64,000 nucleotides of DNA from Mobula hypostoma (taxonomy: Eukaryota): contig NC_086108.1 in the NCBI RefSeq assembly GCF_963921235.1, positions 84,570,001 to 84,634,000 on the forward strand. Direction: 5' to 3'. Shown here piece by piece: positions 26,903 to 38,427 of this stretch; within the stretch, counting starts at the first letter, position 1; every line of letters begins with the position of its first letter. Under the pieces are notes generated by a model that had not been told where the DNA came from, searched no databases, and was given only the letters and a program-made list of their open reading frames with translations. A program made the translations under genes and the position numbers.

Positions 26903-28420
26903 CAGGCTGTTAGGGAGGGTTTAAACTAATTTGGCAGGGGGATGGGAACCGGAATGACAGAGCAGAGGAAGGGGAAAACAGAAATAAATCTAAGACAGTG
27001 AGCAGTAAAGATGTCAGGAAAGATAAGCAGATGATGGGGCAAATTTGCAGCCATTGGGATGAGTTGCAGTTCAATAAAGTTGCAGTGCAATCAGAACGAA
27101 AAGTACCAAATATTGGTCTTAAGGTGTTATACTTAAATGCATGCAGCATAAGGAATAAGGTGGATGATCTTGTCGTACAGTTACAGATCAGCACGTATGA
27201 TATTGTGGCCATCACTGAGACATGGCTAAAGGATGCATGTCTCTGGGAGCTGAACGTCGTAGGATACACGGTGTATCGGAAGGATAGGCAGGTAGGCAGA
27301 GGGGGTGGCATACCTTTATTGGCAAGAAATGATATTAAATCATTAGAAAGAGGTGACATAGGATCGGAAGGTGCAGAATCTTTATGGGTTGAGCTAAGAA
27401 ATCGCAGTGGTAAAAGGACCTTGATATACAGGCCTCCTAACAGCTGCAGTGACATGGACTACAAATTACAACAGGAAATAGAAAAGGCTTGTCAGAAGGA
27501 GAGTGTTATGATAATTGTGGGGGATTTTAACATGCGAGTGGATTGGGAAAATCAGGTCGGCACTGGATCTCAAGAGAGAGAATTTGTAGAATGTCTGCGA
27601 GATGGCAGCTTGTTGTTTAGAACAGCTTGTTGTTGAGCCCACTATGGGATCGGCTGTACTGGATTGGGTATTGTGTAATGAACCAGAGGCGATTAGAGAG
27701 ATTGAGGTGAAGGAACCCTTAGGAGGCAGTGATCATAACGTGATTGAGTTCACTGTGAAATTTGAGAAAGAGAAACCGAAATCTGATGTGTCGGTATTTC
27801 AGTGGAGTAGAGGAAACTACAGTGGCATGAGAGAGGAACTGGCCAAAGTTGACTGGAAAAGGACACTAGCAGGAAGGACAGCAAAGCAGCAGTGGCTGGA
27901 ATTTATGCGAGAAGTGAGGAAGGTGCAAGACAGATAAATTCGAAAAAAGAAGAAAATTTCAAATGGAAAAAGGATGCAACCATGGCTGACAAGAGGAGTA
28001 AAGCCAACGTTAAAGCAAAGGAGAAGGCATACAAGGAAGCAAAAATTAGCGGGAAGACAAAGGATTGGGAAGTTTTTAAAAGTTTACAAAAGGAAACTAA
28101 GAAGGTCATTAAGAGGGAAAAGATGAACTATGAAAGGAAGCTAGCAAATAATATCAAAGAGGATACTAAAAGCTTTTTCAAGTATATAAAGAGTAAAAGA
28201 CAGGTGAGAGTAGATATAGGGCCAATAGAAAATGATGCTGGAGAAATTGTAATGGGAGATAAGGAGATGGCGGAGGAACTGAACAAGTATTTTGTATCAG
28301 TCTTCACTGAGGATGAAATCAGCAGTATACCGGACGCTCAAGGGTGGCAGGGAAGAGAAGTGTGCACAGTTACAATTACGACAGAGGAAGTACTCAGGAA
28401 GTTGAATAGTCTAAAGATAA
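26903..28420 (+). mobile_element. CR1 internal fragment (ORF1 end, ORF2 endonuclease and linker), 3'-truncated
   Basis: LYLNACSIRNK, AITETWL, YRPPN, GDFN and GSDHN in ORFs 26998-28443. It has no RT and no tail. Confidence 0.92.
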
Positions 28421-31400
28421 ATGATACAAACAATGTAATTTAAACATAACGTACCAAGGTAACATAATAGTATACTAATTTTTATATATATATCAATAGA
28501 GAAAAGGAAAAAAAAACCCAAAAAAACCACTGTGCAACTAATTAAAAGCAAAGCAAAGCAAAGCAATGGACTAACTTGAAACCAAACAGAGTTAAAAAAC
28601 TTAAAATCACGTCCTCAATCCCGACCTGCATTAAAAACAGTAAAAAAAAACAAGAAGGGTATATATTACATTAAATGAAAATATTGAATAAAAGATCTCC
28701 AGGTCTGTTCAAATTTAAATGAGGAATCATAAAGATTGCTTCTAATTTTCTCCAAATTCAAGCATAATATTGTCTGAGAAAACCAAAAAAAACTAGTTGG
28801 AGCATTAGGCTCTTTCCAATGTTGTAAGATACATCTTTTCGCCATTAAAGTAAGAAATGCAATCATTCTATGGGCTGAAGGAGAAAGATTACTGGAAATT
28901 TTAGGTAGTCCAAAGATAGCAGTAATAGGGTGAGGAGAGATATCTATATTCGATACCTTGGAGATAATATTAAAAATGTCTCTCCAAAAAGTTTCCAGAG
29001 TAGGACAAGACCAAAACATACGAGTTAAAGAGGCTATCTGCCCTGGACATCCATCACAAAAAGGATTAATATGAGAATAAAAGCGAGCTAATTTATCTTT
29101 GGACATATGTGCTCTATGAACAACTTTAAATTGAATTAGGGAATGTTTAGCACAGATAGAGGAAGTATTGACTAATTGTAAAATCTGCCCCCAGTCATCC
29201 ACGGAAATGATAGACCCCAATTCCTGTTCCCAATCTACCCTAATCTTATCAAATGGAGCTTTCCTAAGTTTCATAATAATATTATAAATCATAGCCGATG
29301 TACCTTTCTGACATGGATTAAGGTTAATTATAGTATCTAAAATGTATGTAGGAGGAAGCATTGGAAAGGAAGAAAGTATAGTACTTAGGAAATTTCTAAC
29401 TTGTAAATATCTAAAAAAATGTATTCTTGATAAATTATATTTATTAGATAATTGTTCAAAAGACATAAGGGAACCATCTAAAAATAAATCCAAAAACCAT
29501 GAAATATCCTTAGTCTTCCAAATTTGAAAAGCATGATCCATAAAAGAGGGAGGAAAAAATATGTTACCTAAAATAGGAATCGCTAGCCCAAATTGGTTAA
29601 GATCAAAAAATTTTCTGAATTGAAACCAAATACGTAAGGTATATTTAACTATCGGGTTAGATACCTGTTTAAGGCGTTTCAAATCAAAAGGAAGAGAGGA
29701 ACCTAAAATAGAGCCAAGTGTATAACCCTGAACAGATTGTAATTCCAATGCTACCCATTTAGGAATGGATAGTATATCCTGGTCAAGTAACCAAAATTTC
29801 ATATGTCGAATATTAATTGCCCAATAATAAAATCTAAAGTTAGGTAATGCTAAACCTCCATCTCTCTTAGCTTTCTGTAAATGTATTTTACCCAGTCTCG
29901 GGTTTTTATTCTGCCAAATAAATGAAGAAATTTTGGAGTCAACTTTATCAAAAAAAGATTTTGGAACAAAAATTGGTAATGCCTGAAATATATATAAAAA
30001 TTTTGGCAAAAAAAATCTTAACTGCATTAATACAACCAATCAAAGTTAAATATAAAGGAAACCATTTAGATGAAAGTTGAATAATATGGTCAATTAAGGG
30101 TAAAAAGTTAATCTTAAATAAATCTTTGTATTTACAAGTAATTTTAATCCCAAGATATGAAAAATAATTATTAATCAATTTAAATGGAAAGTTATGATAT
30201 AAGGGAAGTTGTTTATTAATCGGGAAAAGTTCACTCTTACTAAGATTTAATTTATAACCTGAAAAAAGACCAAATTGTGCTAATAGCTCTAAAACAGCAG
30301 GGATGGATTTTTGGGGATTAGAAATATATAAAAGTAAGTCATCAGTGTAGAGTGATATTTTAAGGGACTAAGCCCCGAGTTATCCCAGTAATATTTGGAG
30401 ATTCTCGAATGGCAATTGCAAGAGGTTCTAATGCAATATCAAATAATAAAGGACTAAGAGGACAACCTTGTCGAGTACCTCAAAAAAGAGGGAAAAAAGG
30501 TGAGCTTAGAGAGTTAGTACGGACCGAGGCCACAGGAGAATGATATAGCAGTTTAATCCAGGATATAAATTTCGAGCTAAAATTAAACATTTCAAGCACC
30601 TTAAATAAGTAAGGCCATTCTACTCTATCAAACGCTTTCTCAGCATCTAAAGAGATAACACACTCAGGAACATTTTGTGAGGGAGTATAAACAGTATTTA
30701 ACAGTGTGCGAATATTATAAAAAGAGTAACGACCTTTAATAAAACCCGTTTGGTCTTCCGAAATAATAAAAGGAAGTACTTTTTCTAATCTATTTGCTAA
30801 TAACTTAGAAAAAACTTTAGAATCAACATTTAATAAAGATATTGGTCTATAAGATGCACATTGAGCAGGATCTTTATCCTTCTTTAATATTAAAGAGATT
30901 GACACTCTATTGAAAGATTCAGGAAGTTTACCAAGTTTTAATGAAGCCTCAAAAACCCTACAGAACCAAGGGATTAATGAAGGTGTGAAACATTTATAAA
31001 ATTCTACGGTAAACCCATCAGGGCCAGGAGCTTTCCCCAAATTCATAGAGGAAATAACATTCTTAATCTCATCCGTGGTAATGGGAGTATCTAACATAGA
31101 AGACATATCCTGTGAAATCTCAGGGAAGTCTAGGTTATCTAAAAAATCATTCAGATATTTAGAATCTCGGGGAGACTCTGATTGATATAAGGAAGAATAA
31201 AAATCACAGAAGGTTTGATTAATCCCCGCATGATCAAGTATCAGTCGGTCATTTTGGTTATAAATCTGATTAATTTGAGATTTAGCATAATTAGACTTCA
31301 GTTGATTAGCCAACAGCTTGCCAATTTTATCACTGTGTACATAAAATTCACTTCTTGTTTTCTTTAATTGGTTTACAATAGAGGAAAAAGGTAATAAACT

Positions 31401-31830
31401 GTGTTCCATTTGAAGTTCAGTTCTTTGTTTATATAACTCCTCAGAGGGAGCTATAACATATTTCTTATGAATTTCCTTAATCTTGTCCACAATTACCAAC
31501 TCCTCCTGCTTCAGCTTCTTCCTCAAAGCAGCAGAATACGAAATAATCTGACCACGAATATATGCTTTAAAAGTATCCCAAAGAATGTTCACAGAAATAT
31601 CCTCTGCATAGTTAATTGTAAAAAAAAGATCAATCTGTTCATTCATAAAGTTAACAAAGTCCGAGTCCTGAAGCAACAGCGAATTAAAACGCCATTGTCT
31701 ATTATTTTGTGTATTGGCCAGAATTTTAATAGAAAGCTTAAGTGGAGCATGATCCGAAATGGTTATAGAGTCATAATCACATTTAATCACTGAAGAAATA
31801 AGACGAGAGTCAATAAAGAAATAATCAAAT
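28415..31830 (-). mobile_element. L1/Tx1-clade LINE (second family), 5'-truncated, poly(A) end missing
   Basis: ORFs 30480..31862 (SDHAP, KAPGPDG, YRPISLLN, DAEKAFDRV) and 28666..30039 (GGLALPN, MFWSCP), followed by a T-rich 3' UTR. Confidence 0.93.
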
Positions 31831-32243
31831 GAAAAGATTGAACAGGTTAGGATTTTATTCATTGGAATATAGAAGTTTGAGAGGAGATTTGATAGAAATA
31901 TACAAAGTTATGAGATATATAGATAGGGTAAATGCAAGCTGGTTTTTTTCACTGAGATTGGGTGGGACTACAACTAGAGGTCAAGAGGTTAAAGGTGAAA
32001 GGTGAAAGGTATATGGCAGAACAGAGAGTTGAGAGAGTATGGAAGAAGCTGCCAGTGCAAGTGGTGCATGCAAGCTCCATTTCAACATTTAAGGGAAGTT
32101 TGGACAGGTACATGAATGGCAGGGGTATGGAGGGCTATGGTCCCGGTACAGATTGACCAGAGTAGGCAGTTTAAATGGTCCAACACAGACTAGATGGGCC
32201 AAAGGGCCTGCTTCTATGCTGTACTTTTCTAGGATTCTATGAC
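31828..32243 (+). mobile_element. CR1 3' end fragment
   Basis: Encodes RLNRLGFYSLEYRSLRGDLIEIYK. A CR1 3' UTR ends ...TTCTAGGATTCTATGAC. Confidence 0.85.
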
Positions 32244-33545
32244 AAGAATCATTCTCATTGAGGAGACGAGGAGCACAATGTGGCAAGTAGGGAAGAAGCA
32301 GATGAGAGCCCTATTCATTAACGAATGATCATATTGTCTGTCAAGCAGGTTGAAGGAGCTGCTTGACCAATTTTTGCTAGTTCTTATACTCTTAAGGTAT
32401 CACAGAAGATCAAGTAAACAGCCAAATGCAAATAAAATTGCAAATGCTTGAAATCTAAAAGTATAACAAAAGTAGTAGAGATATTCGTCAAGTTCCAATA
32501 AAAATTCACTGTTCTGAAACATTAACCATGTTTCTTGTTCCATGGATGCTGTGTAACTTGCTGTGCATCTTCCATTTTTTTTTAAGGAAGCAAGTTATTG
32601 TCTTTATTCCCCACTTCCAAATCTCCTCATCCTGCTGCTCACCATTTCTCCACATTTCTGCACAATGCCATTTCCTTCTAGGATATCAGATGGAGACTCC
32701 CCAAGGATGAGGTGGAAAGGTAAATCCAGAATTACTTAATTTCAGATTAAGATATAATCTGTGATTGTCTGGAGACATTTAACTGTGATAGGCAGATATT
32801 CTGTTCTACACAAAATGGCAGAGACTGTTAGCTTGTCTGCTCTACAGTAAAGGACCACCCAGCATATCTGCCTTCTGAACCAACTATTCCACAGCACAGT
32901 TTATCTGGCTGAAGCTTGAGGTGAAGTTCAGACATGTTTATGGTAAACAATGAAAAGATAGAAGTGTATTGATATTTTGAATCATGCTATTATTCCTAAA
33001 CATTCCTAATCTTCACTCCAAGGTCACACTGACATATTAAAGACATCCACGTTTACATTAATGTTTGCAAGGAGCATGCAGCAAGTTACAAAATCGTCAC
33101 AAAGAATAGCGTTCAAAGAAAGCAGTTCTACACCCAAGAGATTAGGCACTTACACAAATTTCAGACACAGTCAAAACAAATCAATTTTGTTTTGCAAATT
33201 AGAAGTTCTAATGGATGATATAATGTTACAGCACAAAAGAGACTCTTTTAAATTAGTCCTAGATTAGTTACTCTTTGGCCTGCTTCCACATAGTATACAT
33301 TTTAATAATCTTCTTTGTCAAACAACTAACTCTCCTTTACTGATTTAGTAGTAAAATACTTTAACCGCATGTTGAAATTAAATCCCCAGTTTTAAATTTT
33401 ATCTGAGATCACCACCTGATTTAGTACAATAACTCAACGTTATTCCCCTACATTCCAAATTAGTAAATTGGTTTGCTATTGTCGTAGGTATTGAGGTTTT
33501 GGTGGAAAAACTTGACTTGCATACTGTTGATCAGTGACAGTAAAT

Positions 33546-33830
33546 GGGCGCCATGGTAGTGTAGCAGTTGGCGTGACGCAGTTAGAGCTCGGAGCCTCTG
33601 AGTTTGGAGTACGATTCCGGCACTGTCTCTAAGCAATTTGTACATTCTCCCCATGACTGCGTGGCTTACCGCCAGGTGCTCCGACTTCCTCCCAGTCTAG
33701 CCAGACCGGTTAATAGGTTAATTGGTCATTGCAAATTGTCCTGAAATTCAGCAGGGGTTAAATAGGTGCGTTGCAGGACCGAGCAGCTTCTTGGGCCATA
33801 GAGGGCTGTTCAACACTGTATCTCCAAATC
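33546..33830 (+). mobile_element. tRNA-derived SINE (V-SINE-like)
   Basis: A-box-like TGGTAGTGTAGCAGTTGG and B-box-like GAGTACGATTCC. The central domain is TTTGTACATTCTCCCCATGACTGCGTGG..GGTGCTCCG.CTTCCTCCCA. Confidence 0.8.
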
Positions 33831-33836
33831 ACAGTA

Positions 33837-34535
33837 TAGGTTGAGTACCCCTTATCCGAATTTCCAAAATCTGAAAACCTCTGAAATCAATTTTTTTTTT
33901 GGGGAGCTCTGACACGGCGTCACAAATGGAGAATTAATTCCACAATGTGCTGGGAAGGTTCCCAGGTGATGAGCGGGTCTCTCCACACCACTGACAGCTC
34001 GGAAAAGTGACCTCACACATGTAATGAACATAAGTTAATGAAAAACAGAAAAACACTGCATAAAACTGAAAATGAAGAGACCTCGACGATGCATTGAAAG
34101 AGTGAATTTGTCAGCTGCAGATGAACATATGGAGCATCACAGTCTGCTGATCGTGAAACAAGAAATGAGCTATCACAACGAGCTGAAAATTGAAGATAAT
34201 TGTGAATATTCAGCAGGCTAGAAGTTTAAGGCACAGTATTAAATTTTTAAAGATTTGTATTAATAAAGCATCTGCTGAATCACAAAGCAGCAGAGAAATG
34301 CATTGATGAGTTTGCCAAGAATATCGATGGTAAAAATATAATGCACTGAATGGTGGCATCAGTATATATGTGATGAACAACTGTAAAACAAAGACTGCTT
34401 ACTGGTAGCACATAAATTCAGAGTCGGAAATGATGGCGATCCCAAGCTACCTCATTATATATTCCAAAATCATAAAAATCCAAAGTCCGAAACACTTCCA
34501 GACCCAAGCATTTAGGCTAAGTAGTACTCAATGTG
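33837..34535 (+). mobile_element. Internally deleted Tigger/pogo DNA transposon (Tigger4/MER46-like ends)
   Basis: Imperfect TIRs AGGTTGAGTACCCCTTATCCGAA and TTTAGGCTAAGTAGTACTCAATGTG, with TA on both sides (33835-6 and 34536-7). The interior holds a decayed CENP-B-like transposase N-terminal remnant. Confidence 0.75.
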
Positions 34536-34930
34536 TACAAGGTAAAACAGTAACAATGCAGAATATGCAGTGGAGGTAGACGAAAGGATTTTGGTCATAA
34601 CAAGGTAGATTGAGGTTGAGAGTCACAATCAAGTTCAAACCATTTTGAATCATAATTTTAGGTATTTATTCAAGTCAACAACACAGTGTATAAATGACTG
34701 ACTCTCTTCAACTTCCCACAAGCTCTTTCCTGTAAGTATTTTTAGACGATGGCCACTGCTTACCAGAATTACTATCTTGTAAAAAATTTGGATGCATTCA
34801 AGGTCTTGGCTTAAATTTCTCTGCAGTGAAAACAATTTCAGATTTTCCAGTCTTGCGGGTGATTTTAAAAATGATCACAACATCCCCAAAGTGCAGGGCT
34901 CACAAACGTAGACAATACTTCAGCTGAGGA

Positions 34931-35079
34931 ATAGAAACATAGAAACATAGAAAATAGGTGCAGGAGTAGGCCATTCGGCCCTTCGAGCCTGCACCGCCAT
35001 TCAGTATGATCATGGCTGATCATCCAACTCAGAACCCTGCACCAGCCTTCCCTCCATACCCCCTGATCCGTTTAGCCAC
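34931..35079 (-). mobile_element. Young CR1 3' tip of about 150 bp, same family as 40406-42419
   Basis: Near-identical reverse complement of about 42275-42419. It has a (TTTCTATG)n tail and encodes GYGGKAGAGF*. Confidence 0.9.
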
Positions 35080-35750
35080 TCTTACTCTCAAAATTTCACC
35101 TTTAAATGACCTCCATTTCTCTATTATATTCTTCCCATAAAGCAAATTGCCCCAATCCACTCCCTCTAAATTCTTTCGCATCTCCTCAGAGTTAGCCTTT
35201 CTCCAATCAAAAATCTCAACCCTGGGTCCAGACTTATCCTTCTCCATAACTATATTGAAACTAATAGCATTGTAATCACTGGACCCTAGGTGCTTCCCAA
35301 CACAAACCTCCGTCACCCGACTTATCTCATTCCCTAACAGGAGATCCAACACTGCCCCTTTTCTTGTTGGTACCTCAATGTATTGCTGCAAAAAACTATC
35401 CTGCACATATTTTACAAACTCCAAACCATCCAGCCCTTTTACAGTATGGGCTTCCCAGTCTATGTGTGGAAAATTAAAATCTCCCACAATCACAACCTTG
35501 TGCTTACTACAAATATCTGCTATCTCCTTACAAAGTTGCTCCTCCAATTCTCGCTCCCCATTTGGTGGTCTATAATACACCCCCATAAGAGTTACTACAC
35601 CTTCCCAATTCCTCAATTCCACCCAAATTGCCTCCCCAGACGAGCCCTCTAATCTATCCTGCCAGAGGACCGGTGTAATATTTTCTCTGACAAGCAATGC
35701 AACACCTTCCCCTCTTATCTCTCCGATTCTATCACACCTGAAGCACACCT
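35080..35750 (-). mobile_element. CR1 endonuclease-region fragment
   Basis: GVYYRPPN, VGDFNFP and AVLDLLLGN in ORF 35029..35748. Confidence 0.9.
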
Positions 35751-36205
35751 GAATGTTTAGATTTTATTGCCTTCACATGTCATTCCTTTAAAACCACATC
35801 ACTGACCTATATTAACTAGCATCAGAAGTTCTCCAGAAACACATACAGATTTATCACATGCACATCAAAACAGTGAAATTTGTCATTTATGTCAACAACA
35901 GCACAACCGAGGATGCAGCAACAAGAGCAAAACAAGCCCACTTCCCATCCCACCTACAGTTAGGCCTCCAAACTCAGGACAAACATAGAAAATCTACAGC
36001 ACAATACAGGCCCTTTGGCCCATAAAGTTGTGACAAACATGCCCCTACCTAAGAAATTACTAGGCTTACCTATAGCCCTCTATTTTTCTAAGCTCCATGT
36101 ACCTATCCAAAAGTCTCTGAAAAGACCCTATCGTATCCACCTCCACCACCGTTGCTGGCAGCCCATTCCACGCACTCACCACTCTCTGAGTAAAAAACTT
36201 GCCGC

Positions 36206-36476
36206 TCAAGTCAAGTTTAGTCAAGTCACTTTTTACTGTCATTTCAACTATAACTGCTGGTACAGAACATAGTAAAAATGAGAATGTTTTCCAGGACCAT
36301 GGTGCTACATAAAACAATACAAAAACTACACTAGACTACAGACCTATCCAGGACTGCATAAAATGCACAAAACAGTGCAGGCATTACAATAAATAATAAA
36401 TAAGACAATAGGCACAGTAAAGGGCAGTAGGTTGGTGTCAGTCCAGGCTCTGGGTATTGAGGAGTCTGATGGCTTG
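36206..36476 (-). mobile_element. Rex1/Babar 3' tip inserted in the CR1-A 3' region
   Basis: Minus-strand tail GTGACTTGACTAAACTTGACTTGA, and it encodes QAIRLLN. It splits the CR1 frame GDVRG/KFFTQRVV. Confidence 0.8.
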
Positions 36477-38427
36477 GCCCCTGACATCTCCTCTGTACCT
36501 ACTCCCCAGCACCTTAAACCTGTGTCCTCTTGTGGCAACCATTACAGCCCCGGGAAAAAGCCTCGGACTATCCACACAATCAATGCCTCTCATCATCTTA
36601 TACACCTCTATCAGGTCACCTCTCATCCTCCGTCGCTCCAAGGAGAAAAGGTCAAGTTCACTCAACCTATTTCCATAAGGCATGCTCCCCAATCCAGGCA
36701 ACATCCTTGTAAATCTCCTCTGCAGCCTTTCTATGGCTTCCACATCCTTCCCATAGTGAGGCGACCAGAACTGAGCACAGTACTTCAAGTGGGGTCTGAC
36801 TAGGGTCCTATATAGCTGCAACATTACCTCTCGGCTCCTAAATTCAATTTCACGGTTGATGAAGGCCAATACACCATACGCTGCCTTAACCACAGAATCA
36901 ACCTGCGCAGCTGCTTTGAGCATCCTATCGACTCGGACCCCAAGATCCCTCTGATCCTCCACACTGCCAAGAGTCTTACCATTAATACTATATTCTGCCA
37001 TCATATTTGACCTACCAAAATGAATAACTTCACACTTACCTGGGTTGAACTCCGTCTGCCACTTCTCAGCTCAGTTTTGCATCTTATCAGTGTCCCGCTG
37101 ACAGCCCTCCACATTATCCACAACACCCCCAACCTTTGTGTCATCAGCAAACTTACTAACCCATCCCTCTACTTCCTCATCCAGGTCATTTATAAAAATC
37201 ACGAAAAGTAAGGGTCCCAGAGCAGATCCCTGAGGCACTCCACCGGTGATCGACCTCCATACAGAATATGACCTGTCTGCAACCACTCCTTGCCTTCTGT
37301 GGGCAAGCCAGTTCTGGATCCACAAAGCAAGGTCTCCTTGGATCCCATGCCTCCTTACTTTCTCAATAAGCCTTACATGGGGTACCTTATCAAATGCCTT
37401 GCTGAAATCCATATACACTACACCTACTGCTCTTCCTTCATCAATGTGTTTAGTCACATCCTCAAAAAATTCAATCAGGCTTGTAAGGCAGGACCTGCCC
37501 TTGACAAAGCTATGCTGACTATTCCTAATCATATTATACCTCTCCAAATGTTCATAAATCCTGCCTCTCAGGATCTTCTCCATCAACTTACTAATCACTG
37601 AGGTAAGATTCACTGGTCTATAATTTCCTGGGCTATCTCTACTCCCTTTCTTGAATAAAGGAACAACATCCTCAAACCTCCAATCCTCTGGAACCTCTCC
37701 CACCCCATTGATGATGCAAAGATCATCGCCAGAGGCTCAGCAATCTCCTCCTTTGCCTCCCACAGTAGCCTGGGGTACATCTCATCTGGTCCCGGTGACT
37801 TATCCAACTTGATGCTTTCGAAAAGCTCCAGCACATCCTCTTTCTTAATACCTACATGCTCAAGCTTTTCAGTCTGCTGCAAGTCATCACTACAATCACC
37901 AAGATCCTTTTCCATAGTGAAAACTGAAGTAAAGTATTAAGTACCTCTGCTATTTCCTCCGATTCCATACACACTTTCCCACTGTCACACTTGATTGGTC
38001 CTATTCTTTCACGTCTTATCCTCTTGCTCTTCACATACTTGTAGAATGCCTTGGGGTTTTCCTTAATCCTGTCCACCAAGGCCTTCTCATAGCCCCTTCT
38101 GGCTCTCTTGATTTCCTTCTTAAGCTCCTTCCTATTAGCCTTATAATATTCTAGAACTCTAACATTACCTGCCTCTCTGAACCTTTTGTAAGCTCTTCTT
38201 TTCTTCTTGACCAGATTTATTGCAGAATTGTACACCACGGTTCCTGTACCCTACCATAACTTCCCTGTCTCATTGGAACATACCTATGTAGAACTCCACC
38301 CAAATATCCCTTGAAAATTTGTCACATTTCTTCCATACTTTTCCTTGAGAACATCTGTTTCCAATTTAAGCTTCCAATTTCCTGCCTGATAGCCTCATAA
38401 TTCCCCTTACTCCAATTAAACACTTTT

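Noticed and set aside
26910..27455. Long antisense ORFs overlapping LINE ORF2 (also 41659..42051, 17554..17880 and others)
   Set aside because: These are shadow frames of transposon coding sequence with no independent gene signal.
33546..33625. tRNA gene
   Set aside because: A/B-box-like motifs lead directly into a SINE core, with no intact cloverleaf.
35029..35748. 239-aa ORF that looks like a stand-alone endonuclease gene with its own C-terminus
   Set aside because: It is a chance in-frame fusion of a CR1 endonuclease fragment with the last codons (GYGGKAGAGF) of a separate 150-bp CR1 3' tip.
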